This document shows, in pieces, positions 12,857 through 26,870 of a stretch of 64,000 nucleotides of DNA. The stretch is from the NCBI GenBank assembly GCA_964016885.1, contig OZ024758.1:22072001-22136000 (forward strand), read 5' to 3'. Origin of the DNA: Eledone cirrhosa. Taxonomy: Eukaryota. The position numbers and the translations under genes were made by a program. Every line of letters starts with the position of its first letter. The first letter of the stretch is position 1. The notes below the pieces were generated by a model that worked only from the letters and a program-made list of their open reading frames with translations, was not told the origin of the DNA and made no database searches.

Positions 12857-14765
12857 TATATATATGTATATATATATATATGTGTGTGTGTGTGTTAAAA
12901 AAAGGTACTCAATACATTAGTAGACTATAGGCATCTTTATATATATATATATTTATATATAGTAATGAGTTCTACAGGACTAGAGCTGTTTCATTCTTTG
13001 CATCTCATTTTAAGGTCGATAAATAAAGTACAAGTCTAGTACTTAGGTCGGTTCTCTCCTCTTTATCTCCTTTTCTCGTTCTCTTTCTCTTCACCTTTGT
13101 CTCTCTCCCCCCTTTCTCTCTCTCTCTCCCCTCTCTCTCTCTCCCCCTCTCTCTCCCCTTTCTCTCTCTCCCCCTCTCTCTCCCCTTTCTCTCTCTCCCC
13201 TTTCTCTCTCTCTCTCTCCCCTTTCTCCCTCTCCTTTCCTCTCTTTTTCTCGGTTTCAATTCCTCTCCCCCTCTCTCTCATTCTCATTCTGTTTTAATTT
13301 GACGATGGAGTTGCAACATCTGACAAGGGAGGCGACTCTTGTTCCATTTCGTCATGATATTCTTGTAAATGGTAATCTTCACAAAACGGAGGGAGAGGAG
13401 TGTTAACATTCGTATGGAAACAACACCGAGAAGCAGCAAGCTCTGCAAATAGGGTGAGGGGTGACATGTATTCTTCCGTGACACATCACTCGGGTCGCTC
13501 TTGACTTGTAGAGATGTCACAGCAAATATAGACCTGTGGAGAGAATGTGGAACAACAAGGTGGAATTTCAAAGAAAACTTTCAAAGTTTGAGTTCTTCAA
13601 CCTTCTCTTAGTCGACAACTAACTTCTGGGATTTGGTTGAGGCAGAAGTATGCAGTGTAGTTATGTGGGGGCGAGAAAGGGCACCAGCCACAGAATAGTC
13701 TGAGCCCTTTATAACACAAACTATCTGTCATATATTGAAATATTTCTGTCAAATCAGGGTTCTGTCTGCTACTGGTACCATATAACCCAGTACAACCTGC
13801 TTTATGGTCGAGTGGTCGGTGACTAAACCAGCTCGACCCAAAACCCTTCTTTCGTCTGGTCAGGTCAGGTCAGGATTCTGTAAACCAGTACAACCTGCTT
13901 TATGGTCGAGTGATCGGTAACTAATCCGGTTCCCTCACCAGTTCCTGGTCAGGTCAGGGTCCTGCTAGTGGTAAGTGATTATAATAACCCTTGTTGTAGT
14001 CACAGTCGTGGTAAGTGATTATAATAACCGGAGTCGTACAAGTCATCGTTGTCGCAGTAATAACACTTCCTTCCTCCGTCACCTTCAGCAGAAGAGTTCA
14101 TTTCATTTGAACTCGTCCAAAGCAAATATTTTCAACACTGTAAAGTGAGAGATGCGTGTATGTATGTATGTGCCTGTCACTGTGTGTGTACGTGTGTCTG
14201 CCTGTGTCTCTGTCTACATGTTTGTGTGTCTGTGTGTACGTGTGTGTCTGCTTGTCACTGTGTATGTGTGTCTGTCTGCTTATATGTATGTATGTGTGTG
14301 TGTGTATGTCTTTGTATATGTGTGTCTGTCTGCTTATATGTATGTATGTGTGTGTGTGTATGTCTTTGTATATGTGTGTATAAAGAAATAACATTTCCTT
14401 ATTCCCTTCGTCTGTTAGAAATTCATTTGGAATCGTCCAGAGTAAATATTTACATTAGTGTAGAGTGAGATATAACAGAGTGTAATGTGTCTATATGTGT
14501 GTCTGCATACATGTGTGTGTACATTTGTGTGAGTGTGTCTGTATACATGTGTATATGTGAGTGTGTCTATGTATATATGTGTGTACATATGTATATGTAG
14601 TCATGTGTGTGTTTGCATGGTAGAACAGTATACGAAATAGATTTATTACTCCCTTATGTGTGTATATATGTGTGTGTGTGTGTGTGTGTGTGACTTTTGG
14701 TAACTTTTCTGCTATTTTGTGCCCTGTGTTCACATTCTGCAGGGAGATTGGGGTTTCACAAATGA

Positions 14766-15088
14766 CCTGGGCTAACAACAGGTAATTAATTCTGGGCTAA
14801 TTACCCGGTTATGGTATGGGACAAAAGGTAATTCTGGGCTAATTACCCGGTTATGGGACAACAGGTGATTCTGGGCTAATTACCCGACCATGGGACAACA
14901 GGGGATTCTGGGCTAATTAACCGACCATGGGACAACAGGGGATTCTGGGCTAATTAACCGACCATGGGACAACAGGGGATTCTGGGCTAATTACTCGACC
15001 ATGGGACAACAGGTGATTCTGGGCTAATTACCCGACCATGGGACAACTGGTGATTCTAAGCCAATCATCCGATCAAGGGACAACTGGT
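14766..15088. repeat. 37-bp minisatellite (~8 copies)
   Basis: ctgggctaattacccgaccatgggacaacaggggatt. Confidence 0.9.
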
Positions 15089-16962
15089 TCTAATAACTGC
15101 AGTCGAATGATGGTGATGATGATGGTCGCCATATAACAATCCGTGGGGTGGGGAGTGTGTTGCGATGTAATTATAGCTGGGGGTTCATAGATGAATTCAT
15201 TTAAGTAAAAAAGTGGGAGCAGGTTCTTTGGTAGTGAAAAGATTGGGGCCATTAACTCTATATAATTAACATTATATAAAGGACAATTGTTATGTTCTGT
15301 GTGTTTATAGCTATTTCAAGTCACCAACACCACCATTGAAAACATCGCGAAACCCCGTAGCAGTTATATAACCCCCCGACCCACTTGAATATCAAACTTC
15401 GTGATTTTGTATAAAATCGATATTGTAAGTGGAAGTAAAAGAGATGTATCTCCTTTATATCTCCTGTGGTTATTTCTCTCTCTCTCTCTCTCTCTCTACC
15501 TCCACATCCTCTTTAAAGACATGCAACTCTCTCTCTCTCTCTCTCTCTCTCTCAACTCCCTTTAAAGAGATGCATCTCCTCTCACTCTCTCTGCCTCAGC
15601 GTCCTCTACAAAGAGATGTATCTTCTCTCTCTGCCTCAGCATCCTCTATAAAGAGATGCATCTTCTCTCTCTCTCTCTCCTACCTCCACATCCTTTTTCG
15701 TCTCCATTCACCCCATCCAGTCCATCTGACAACAAAGCCTATCTCTGATCAGGTCGCCATGACTGAAATGACACGAAAAGTCAAATAGCAGCTGTGAAAA
15801 CTTCTCTATCTCAATCTAAACATGTTTGTCGTCCTACACAAGAGTTGTTCCAATAATGGGTCATTCCATTCCAATAATGGGTCATTCCATTCCATTCAAC
15901 TCCAAATAGAAATATCAAGGAGTCTGCTGTGTCGGGTTTTTTGTTTTGTTTTCTAAAATGGATTCTTCTATGTCGCAGTGACATCTCGTTTGGAACATCC
16001 CATTTCGAGTTGATTGTAAATAGGGGTTTCATGTAAAGATCTAATGGAAATAAATACATCAGAGTATTCTGTGAATGGGAGGGAGAGGACATACCCCTTT
16101 TGTTGTATAGGTTTCAAATGGGAGTGTCTTCTTTCTTTGTAAGACGGGTTCATACACATGTAAACATACATACACACACACATGTAAACATACATACACA
16201 TGTAAGCACACACATACACATGTAGACATACACACATGTAAACACACATACACATGTAAACATACAAACACATGTAGACATACATACACATGTAAACACA
16301 CATACACATGTAGACACATATACACATGTAAACACACATACACATGTAGACACATATACACATGTAAACACACATACACATGTAGACATACATACACACA
16401 TTTAGACATACAAACACATGTAGACATACACACAATCTGTATTCTTCATTTAATCACAGACATTTCTATTAACACAGGCTACATGTACATACATGGATTA
16501 TTGGTCATTATCTCTCTCTCACGGGACATTAACAAACAGTAAACATAAACATGCACATACATATATATATATATGGCGTAGGATAGAAGAAAGGAAAGGC
16601 ACGTAGGATAGAAGAAAGGAAAGGCACAGAAACGAAGAAAGAAATCCCCAGTCACTGAAGAGGTCACAGAGTGTGTGACGAAAGAACTATGACTATATAT
16701 ATATAAACAACTATCTGGTTGTGGAACCAACCAACCAACCAGAAATTTGTAAATTTATAAATATATAATAAATTAAATTGAAGTGAAAGCAACTGGTGCG
16801 TGTGTTTCTTATTGGCAACATGACCCTCCCAAAGTATAACAATATATATATATATATATATATAGTAATAATAATAAATTTGAAGACTAAAATCCAAAGA
16901 AGATCCCGTTAAGGGTGAAAGCAGCGATTCTTTGCTTAAACTTTAATCTGTTATTTTAATAA

Positions 16963-16994
<32 letters not shown>

Positions 16995-17002
16995 GCACAC
17001 AC

Positions 17003-17063
<61 letters not shown>

Positions 17064-17194
17064 TAAATCCACCAATTAATGGTAGGGTCTAAGCCGTATA
17101 AAGAACTCAGTGTAATCCGTATGTAGATGTCGTGAAGCAAAGTTTAAAATACAAAATTTCAACGATATAATTCATTGGAAGCAGAGTCAAAATA

Positions 17195-17540
17195 ATAAAA
17201 ATAGTGAAAACAATGAAATTAACCAAAATACGGGTAATTCATAGTAAAACTCACTATTTTACGGTCGTTTCTGAGGAGTAGTTCTCTGTATCTTCATTCT
17301 ATTAGTGATCTATGTAAAATATATTACAAATTATCAAAGTAAGACAATATATATACGCCTTCCCTACCCGCCGTCTTCAGAAATAATGTATGCATATTGT
17401 CTTACTTTGATAATTTGTAATATATTTTACATAGATCACTAATAGAATGAACATACGGAGAATTACCCCCGAGAAACGATCGTAAAATAATGAGTTTTAC
17501 TATAAATTACCCGTATTTTGTTTAATTTCATTGTTTTCAC

Positions 17541-17545
<5 letters not shown>
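17195..17545. repeat. Imperfect inverted repeat (~150-bp arms), PLE-like
   Basis: 17195-17350 versus 17395-17545; adjacent 17070-17140 is homologous to the PLE remnant at 5915-5985. Confidence 0.75.
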
Positions 17546-17575
<30 letters not shown>

Positions 17576-17582
17576 ACATCTA

Positions 17583-17618
<36 letters not shown>

Positions 17619-18952
17619 ACATCTATCTCTATCTATCTAAGGCGGGTAAAATTCCCGAGATCCATGGACGAGTTCTCTCCAGCGGTCTCTGTCCCTCATT
17701 ATCGCTGCCATGTCCTGCGTCTCCAACAGACCAGTGTCTGTCCTTAGGGCATCAACATACGTTAACCTTGGTCTTCCACTTCTAGTGTGTCCATGTAGGG
17801 GCTCCCACAGTCACATCCTGATGCTGAGGAGGATATTAGAGGGATAGTACACATACTGGACAAAATATATACCCAACATCATGAAGGACACATAAATGAA
17901 AGCCACTATACTAACCCCTACATAACAGTGAAAGCCCCCATACTAAACCCCTACACATAAACCCCTACATAACAATATACTAATATGTCCATTGTTTCGT
18001 TAAGGGCAGTGTCGGATTTTGTACACATGAGGCCCCAGAAATTGGGGGGGGGGGCAGGAAGATGGACCCTACCTTTGGCCAACAGAGCCGTGTGCTTAAG
18101 CACAAAGGTAAATCTGGCACTGGTTGAGGGCTAATGAGATGCCCTATTATTTAGACTCTTTTTCTATAGGATAAAGGATAAAGGTGCCATAACTCCATGT
18201 GGAGTCAGAGAGGCACCGTCATACGGTGTGTCTAGGACACTTTTAAACCTGGCAGAACCCAACCCTCTCCAGGTCTGAACACAGCCGATTTTTTTTTCTA
18301 TAGAGGAATAATCTACACCAGTACTAGACTGGTACTTTTTTTGTCGACCTCGAAAGGATGAAAGGCAAAGTTGACCTCGGTGGGATTTGAACTCATAGCA
18401 TACAATGGGGTGGGACGGATACCCTAAAGCCTTCTGTCTAGCGTCTTAACGACCCTGCCAATTCGCCGCCTTTTTCTATAAACAAAAAATTCCGTGACAC
18501 CTTCAACCGTCTGAATATGTCGAGTGGAAATAAAACAACTAATTAACCCCGCCATTTCGAGACTGAAACTGTCTTATAAAGTGTTCAAATGAGAAGTAAA
18601 CAAAGAGAGATAACTCTCATAGCCTTGGCTAAGCCAAGCCTTTTGAAACAATTTAAGACAATGCAGTGGAAGTGGATCTTATTTATGAACCAACTAGGTG
18701 AAAGCAATAGATGTGTTTCGTTCTTATAAGACCTCTTCAGTGAAGTAGATTCACACGGCAAGCTGGTTAGACGAGAACAGCCTGCTATAGATATAGGTGT
18801 GTTCTGTCAAGTGTATGTGTGTGTTTATAATAGTGAAGCATTTATTTAAACGTGAGTAGAAGTGGATGAATCTAGATGTACTCTTCGTCTAAGGTGTGTG
18901 TGTATAAATGAGCGTATTTTAATTATTTGCATACCAGCACATACACACATGC

Positions 18953-18994
<42 letters not shown>

Positions 18995-19908
18995 GCATGT
19001 GTGTATGTATGTGTGCCTAAAGTATGTATATATTTATATTAGACAGGCGAACACACATACACACACATGTATTCTGTGTATGTATATGTGTGTGTGTGAG
19101 AGTATATATGTTTGTATATGTATGTGTATATGCACGCACGTATATGTATTCTGAAGTATATATATGACAGGCGAACATACATACATACACACACTTGTAT
19201 TCTGTGTGTATGTTTGTATATGTATATATGCTTGTATGTGTTTATGCACGTATATGTGTGTGCGTAGATGTATATATGTTTGTATATGTATGTATATATG
19301 TTTGTACATGTATATATATATATATGTATATGCACTCTGTGTAGTTATGTGTATATATATATATGTATGTATGTATGTATGTTTGTACACATATATGTAT
19401 GTATGTATGTACACATATATGTATGTATGTATGTGTGTGTATTATACATATTTTATGTTGTCGTCTGATCTGAACTGACGTGTAATTAGTGAGGGAGGTG
19501 TAGAAGACGATGACGTCATTTTGAAACCCATCAAATGTCACTTGTACTGTTATATGGAAAGTATAAGTGCCCTGGAAAGAAATCCCGGTTAAATGTGCTT
19601 CTACTGGAGTTATGCACTAGGTCGGTCATGTTGACTTTTAGGTTTTAGAGGAGCTGTACTTTTACCAGGTTGAAGAAACACAGCCGTTGTCGTAGTCGTG
19701 GTGGTGGAAATGGAGGCGACAATGGTGGTGGTGGTGGTGGTGGTGGTGGTTTAGTTTTCTATCTGTTAGTCGTTCCTATCATATGCACTTTTAACGGGGT
19801 TTTTTTTTTTTCAATATAGGGGAAAGTATTAATGGCGGTGATGAGAGGAAGGAGGAGATAGATGTAAGTGAAGAGAGAGGAGAAGAGGGGGAGGCTGAAT
19901 AGAGTGAC

Positions 19909-20470
19909 TGGTGTTGGTGGAATAGGTGGTCTTCTATTCATTTTGGAATCGTCCTGGTGTTGGTTGAGGAATAGGTGGTTTTCTATTCATTTTGGAATCG
20001 TCCTTGTGTTGGTGGAATAGGTGGTTTTCTATTCATTTTGGAATCGTCCTTGTGTTGGTGGAATAGGTGGTCTTCTATTCATTTTGGAATCGTCCTGGTG
20101 TTGGTTGAGGAATAGGTGGTTTTCTATTCATTTTGGAATCGTCCTTGTGTTGGTGGAATAGGTGGTTTTCTATTCATTTTGGAATCGTCCTTGTGTTGGT
20201 GGAATAGGTGGTCTTCTATTCATTTTGGAATCGTCCTGGTGTTGGTGGAATAGGTGGTTTTCTATTCATTTTGGAATCGTCCTTGTGTTGGTGGAATAGG
20301 TGGTCTTCTATTCATTTTGGAATCGTCCTGGTGTTGGTTGAGGAATAGGTGGTTTTCTATTCATTTTGGAATCGTCTTGGTGTTGGTGGAATAGGTGGTC
20401 TTCTATTCATTTTGGAATCGTCCTGGTGTTGGTGGAATAGGTGGTTTCTACAGATATTTTGGAATCGTCC
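19909..20470. repeat. 46-49-bp minisatellite (~12 copies)
   Basis: tgttggtggaataggtggttttctattcattttggaatcgtcct. Confidence 0.92.
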
Positions 20471-22304
20471 AGATCACCCCTCGCGTCTAATATTCGAATC
20501 GCCGGCTTATATTTGTTTTTGTTTTGTTTTTCCCATTCCAACCTTTCACACCTATATTTCAATATTGGACTCAACCTTAAATTATATTGTTGTCTGTTCA
20601 GAAGTTGTAGTAGGGGGGGGGGGGACAGAAAGGGAAATAAGAATGAGAGGGAGGGAGGAGGGGGATAGGGAAAGCCAGACGAGATGAAGGAAGAGGAAGC
20701 TGTAGGTGTAAAACCTTTGGAGGCGTGAGTAGGCTGCAGAAAATGGATTCGTCCAGCCATCTTCTCTCAACAGCCCCCTAAGGTTCCCTGTATGTCTGAG
20801 TCGACCTGAATTAAGAAATATCCTTCTTTCGTTCTCCCTCTCGTCCACCTCTCTCTCGTCCCTCTTCCTTTCTCGTCCCCTATCTCCTTTCTCTCTCCTT
20901 TCTTGTCCCCCTATCTCCTTTCTCTCCCCCCTATCTCCTTTCTCTCCCCCTATCTCCTTTCTCTCTCCCTCTCTCTCCTCCCCCTATCTCCTCTCTCTCT
21001 CTCTCTCTCCCTATCTCCTCTCTCTCTCTCTCCTTTCTCTCTCTCTCCTCCCCCCTCTCTTTATTTCATTTAGTTCCAGTCAAATCAGCTGTACATACAA
21101 TGGGTTCTGATTAAGGCACAAGGCCAACAATTTTGGGGAGAGGGTAATATCGATTAAATTGACCCCAGTGCATGACTGGTACTTTATTTTATCGACCCCA
21201 TAAGGATGAAAGGCAAAGCTAACCTCGATGGGATTTTAACTCAGAATGTAACTCTATGCCACAAAGCATGTTGTCCGACACCCTACCGATTTCTGCCAAT
21301 CCAGCCGCCCTCCTTATTCTGATTATATAAGACAAAACCCTACTGACATGTCGAACGTGAATGAAAGGTATCTGCTATGAGAAATGTGAAAGAACCAGAG
21401 TGATCTATACCTTAGAACCAGCATTGTTGCGGTTTTGAAAAAGCACAATTAACCCAGCTCCATTACCGCTGCACCCTAGGCCCATAGCCCAATCACACTC
21501 CCCCTCCTCATTCTTCTGTGACACTAGAGCCCTTCCTTTTCCGGGATTTCTATTTCTTATTTTACACTCAATATATTAAACATGACATGGTTGAATGGTT
21601 TAAAAAATCGCTTCCCGTTCATAAAATCCAGCCCTTCTTCGTTGTACCTTGGCGAAATGTCATTTACTACAGCTTCTTGTCAACCCAGTACCTGTAATTC
21701 AAAGGGTCAACCTTGTCACGTTCGGTGTCACGCTGAATCACCCAGATTTACACTAAAGGTACGCGTGTCTGTGGAATGCTCAGCCACTTGCACGTTAATT
21801 TCCCAAGCAGGAATTTCCATAGATCGGAACATTTGTAGTTGTAACTGACGGAGAGCCTTGTGGATGGAATTGAGACAACAGAAACTGTTTGGAAGCTCAT
21901 CAGATGAACTGCATCTGTAATTCAAAGGGTTAGCTTTGTCACACACTGTGTCATGTTGAAGACATAACAAATTGTCCTTTTTATTACGTCCCTTTACAGT
22001 CTGAGTTCAGATCCCTGCCAAGGTTAACTTTGCCTTTCATCCTTATGGAGTCGATAAAATAAAGTACCAGTAATGTACTGGGGTTATTGCTGGCCTTGTG
22101 CCAAAAATAGAAACAATTATTATTATTATGTACACACACACATACATGTGTGTGCGTGTGTGTGGCTATGAGTGCGTGCACTTGTTTATACTGCGTGTTT
22201 ATAGTTTTTTTTTATATAATTATACCTTTATATCTACGTTTATGGATTAGGACAATAGGATTCATGAGTTAATATCTGTATACAATACCTACAATGGTAC
22301 GCGA

Positions 22305-22448
22305 TGGGGCCCACCCACAGCCCTGGCGGACAGAATGGAGAAGGCATTTCCCCGGGGGACGGCAAGGGAGACGCGCTGGAAAAGCCACTCCAACTCATGG
22401 GGCTCACACCTGCGGCTGGCCAGCTCAGCGCCTATGGTGGTGAGTAAG
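22305..22448 (-). mobile_element. Short 3' fragment of the same CRE-like element
   Basis: Near-identical to 42585-42718. Confidence 0.8.
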
Positions 22449-22721
22449 GTGTTTATAGTTCATTCCAGAGTGAAAAAGAAAATTATATATATATAATATA
22501 TATAACTGAGGTTAGCTGGACCTGCTCACCGACATCCAGAGTTGACACTGCACTCAGTGCTCCTGTGGGAGCCCCTGCATGGGCACACTGGAAGAGGAAG
22601 ACCAAGGTTAACGTATGTTGATGCCCTAAGGACAGACGCAGGACATGGCAGCGATAATGAGGGACAGAGACCGCTGGAGAGAACTCGTCCATGGATCTCG
22701 GGAATGTTACCCACCCTAGAT

Positions 22722-22758
<37 letters not shown>

Positions 22759-24015
22759 AAACAAAAGATTTGGTTGTAGTATAACTTTAAGAATACATCT
22801 GCCTAAATTTATATAACACAATTTCTCTTCTAAAAGTACAATTTCTCTTCTAAAAGTACAATTTCTCTTCTAAAAGTACAATTTCTCTTCTAAAAGTGCA
22901 ACCACTCTCTATTGGGTTGTTCCATTTTCACACTATAAACCTGTCATTCATTCAGCAAACTAATCACTTAGACTCGTCCAAATCTATAAACAAGAAGTAT
23001 TTAGGTGAGTCTATCTGTGTTTGTCTCATTTGTAGCTTTTAACAGATATTGTGATTATTGTTGTAGTTGTTGTTATCGCTGTTGTAGTTACTGTTGCTGC
23101 AGTTTTTATTGTTGTTGTGGTGTTTGACATTGATCCAACCCCCCCCCCCCACTCTCTCTCTCTCTCAACTGTTGAGGACTTAGTACTATTAACTACAGCT
23201 ACTACTAGTGTATCTACAGTTACCCCCTCTCACAATCTGAGTGGAATTATCAAACAAACTACAAATACTCTCATCTTTATTACATTTATCATAACTAAGA
23301 TATTATTATTATGCTTTGTAGCATAGAGTTGTGGCCCTTTGCGTTCTGAGTTCAAATCCTGCCGAAGTTAGCTTTGCCTTTCATCATCATCATCATCATC
23401 ATCATTTTACGTCCGCTTTTCCCTGCTTGCAAGGGTTGGACGGGTCCTATTCAGCACAGCATCTCTCCATTTGTCATGGTCCTTCGTCATCTCCTCCATG
23501 AGTTTCAGCGATCTGAGGTCTGCTCTCACTACCTCCGCCCATGTTTTTCGTGGTCTACCTCTACTGCGTCTTTCTTCTAGGCATAACTGATTAAGTGCAA
23601 GGTTTGAACTGAGTCAAGAGCCAGAAGAAATACAGCTAATCATTTATTAGATGCTCTATCGGGTAATAATACAGTAAACAAGATGTTGAAAAGTGTTTTA
23701 CATTAAATTGTTTATTTTCTTATTATGCTGGTTTCACTGTTCAGTGGTTGATCATAATGTTGAGAGTTCGATTCCTGGACTAGGTTGTGTTCTTGAGCAA
23801 AACACTTCATTTTATGTTGCTTCAGTATACTTAGCTGAAAATGAGTACCAGCAGCAACAGCTGGGGGTTTAACTCTGTGATGGCTGAGATAAACACCGGC
23901 CTGATGAGTATCTAGGTTCAAGACATCATCATCATCATCATCATCATCATCACTGTTTGCCATCCTGAGGCATATACTGTGTTGCAATTTTTCTCTGGTG
24001 TACTTGGTATTTCAT

Positions 24016-24120
24016 CTACTCCATATTTAACAAAGAAGATCTCATCACTTTGTCTGACACCCAGCGTTTCAGGGTAACATTCATGGCATTGGACAGTTTC
24101 ACGGCTAAAATATGTTTGCA
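24016..24120 (-). CDS. ZSWIM7: ZSWIM7 last coding exon (CKHILAVKLS...VSDK...ME*)
   Basis: SWIM CKH motif; tttctag acceptor; TAG stop. Confidence 0.95.
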   Translation of the reverse strand, partial: CKHILAVKLSNAMNVTLKRWVSDKVMRSSLLNME

Positions 24121-26838
24121 CTAGAAAAATAAATAAAAGAGTAATGAAAATAAACTTTATATAAAAAGGGTTCAAAAGCAAGTTTTTAGTTTAATCTTTA
24201 TATAAAACAAACAGAAAAACCACAGTTTTCTGCTAGCATGTATAGTGACAACTACACAACCACTTTGCAGTGGATGGGGGCATACTTCAGCTTCAGCTTA
24301 TACCCGTGGGAAGTTGAGTCTTGTGTATTACTGCGTAATGCCAGAGTTCTCGGTCCTGTGTCATCACCTTTGAGAGGTGTAATTGGGCAAGATCAGCTTT
24401 TATATATCATCATCATCGTTTAACGTCTATCTTGCACGCTAGCATGGGTTAGACGGGAATTGTCCCATAAGATTGGTCGGGTGACCGTGTCTTGTTCGTA
24501 TAGGATGATCTGGCAGGTTTTCTACATTTGGATGCCCTTCCTAACACCAACCACATTTACAGTGTGGACTGGGAGCTTTTTACCATGTTACCCACATTAC
24601 AGCGTGGACTGTTTTTTTTTTCTTTTTTTTTCTTTATTTTATATATATTAATTTAATTAGACAATTCTATTGATTGATTAATTGTTTATGTTTGTTTGAT
24701 TAATTGTTTATGTTTGTTTGATAACTTCTGGTTGAGTGCTTAATTCAGTTTGTCTAAGGGAATTTCATTCCTTTGTCCCAAATTTCGAATTCACCGCCAA
24801 AACCATGTGTCTATAGTGAAATTTACTGCTAGAAAACACACCCGCTGAGGCTATAGAACGCAAGACTTGATGACGAAGTAAATCCTTTGTTCTGTCGTCA
24901 AAGGCCATTAACTTGCAGACCCCAGCAAGCGGAATTAGTCGATCTCGGATTTACAGAAACCTAGCGTGGATATTGTGTGTTGTATGTGATGTATATCGTA
25001 TGCTATACGATATGCGTTGCATTCGATCTCCGCGCGATGGTTCAGGTCAGTCAAAATCTTTCCCTGAGTTCAGTCTTTTTCGTTGCTATGGCAATGCGGC
25101 TGGACTGCCGGTCGCTATATTTGATTTGCAAAGCTGTCTAAACGTATTGTTATAACTCTGGGGTATTATTCTCCATCGAGTGTTAAAGCTACATTCCGAA
25201 TCTGCATTCGTTAGCTTAGCCGCAGCCTAAAGCTTTGTTAATGCTGTACTAAAATTTGTATATATATATATATATAAATAAATATATATACACACATTCG
25301 CTGTTATTATAGTTGATTGTAACAAATAAAGGTTTTATAACTTACCATAATATGGTCATCTTTCAAAAGTACTGAAATATCAAGAGAATTACATATTAAT
25401 AATATACATCATAACCTTTATCATTACATCACACACTCACACATATATATATATACATACACAAACTTTTAAACCAGCCATATATGGCCAGAATTCTCTG
25501 TTCAAACCAGTTGTGACTGGCTGCTCATACTGATGCTAAGGTATTATTCTTAAAATATCATAGATTCAATATTATGTGAGGTAAAGCCTTTGTATTTACT
25601 ATAGTATTTTCAAGGTAGAGAAGTGTGTATATTTATGTAAAAGCATTTGCAAAAGAGAAGTATCTTTTGACATAAACTGAAGGATCCTCGTAACCCCTCG
25701 TATGGCAAGCTTTCTACAGCCAGATGCCCTTCCTAACACCAACCACTTTACAGCATGTACTGGGTGCTTTTATTGTGTACATCACCATGTGGAATAGATT
25801 TACTTCCATAAACATGTTTCAGGAAAGAAACTATTTCGGAGCTGTACACTTCTTCTTAACCCACTTATACCTGAGAGAGCCGTGGGGGCAGAGTCCTCAA
25901 ACACTCCCTCCAGCTGGTCCTGTTAGAAGCAATCGTTTCCAACTGATCCTGCTGAATCTCCAAGCGTGACGAGCCGAGCTGAGCTCATGGAAGTTATCCA
26001 ACCATCGTGCTCAGGGCCTACCCCTGGTAGGTTTTGCCCATAAAATCTAACCAGCAATTCTTCTTTCCTGGGACATTCTAACTCCAGGTAGGGCTGCTGC
26101 TTCTCCAAATTGAGAGATCACAGCTCTGATACTATGGGCAGATTTAAACTGCCATTTAAACAACAAACCAATAAGATATCTTACCTGAGTAGTTATAAGC
26201 AGGACATGAACAATATTTGCTGTTTGGGAAACATATATAAATTATTCCAGAGGTTCCCTTTACCTGTTCAATAAAAAGAGGATAGATTGTTGTTAGCAAA
26301 GGACCTGTCTCTGTCTTCCTCTCAAGAATCAAAGCTAAACTCTCACCTCTTGATTCCCTAAGCTATATGAAATTTAAGGCCCTTCTCTAAAATAAATATA
26401 ATTATTTTTTTTTTTTTTTTTTTTTTAATGTTAATGATAAAAATAATTGTTTCTACTTTTTGGCACAAGGCCAGCAAATACCCAGTGCATTACTGGTACA
26501 TTATTTTATCGACTCCGTAAGGATGAAAGGCAAAGTCAACCTCGGCGAGATTTGAACTCAGATCGTAAAGGGACGTAACTATGCTGCAAAGCATGGCAAT
26601 GATAAAAATAATTGTTTCTACTTTTTGGCACAAGGCCAGCAATTACCCAGTGCATTACTGGTACTTAAAAATAATGATATATATATATATCCTGTAATCG
26701 TTCAATGTGTTAATTTTATATATATATATATATATATGTGTGTCAATCGATTTTTACTTTAATACTAATAAATGCTCGGATTTATCCCTTACAATCTTTG
26801 AGCTTATTCTACAGGTGGTATGACGCATGCTTCTCAAA

Positions 26839-26870
<32 letters not shown>

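Noticed and set aside
13284-13571. Minus-strand 95-aa ORF and other exon-like pieces at about 14.0, 16.0, 19.5, 20.8 and 21.5 kb
   Set aside because: They could not be joined into a phase-consistent model or matched to a family, so they are left unannotated.
19909-20470. CRISPR-like regular arrays (also at 14766, 51090 and 1-800)
   Set aside because: Head-to-tail units with no unique spacers, no cas genes, and a eukaryotic context.
24760-25080. U3, U17/snR30, U11, RNase MRP or telomerase RNA identity for the intronic island
   Set aside because: Only short partial matches (AAGAC..TCAGGGA, AAACCAT, TTCTGTCGT, GACCCC/GGGGT). The diagnostic boxes, the GAAAGTCCCC motif and a CCCTAA template are absent.
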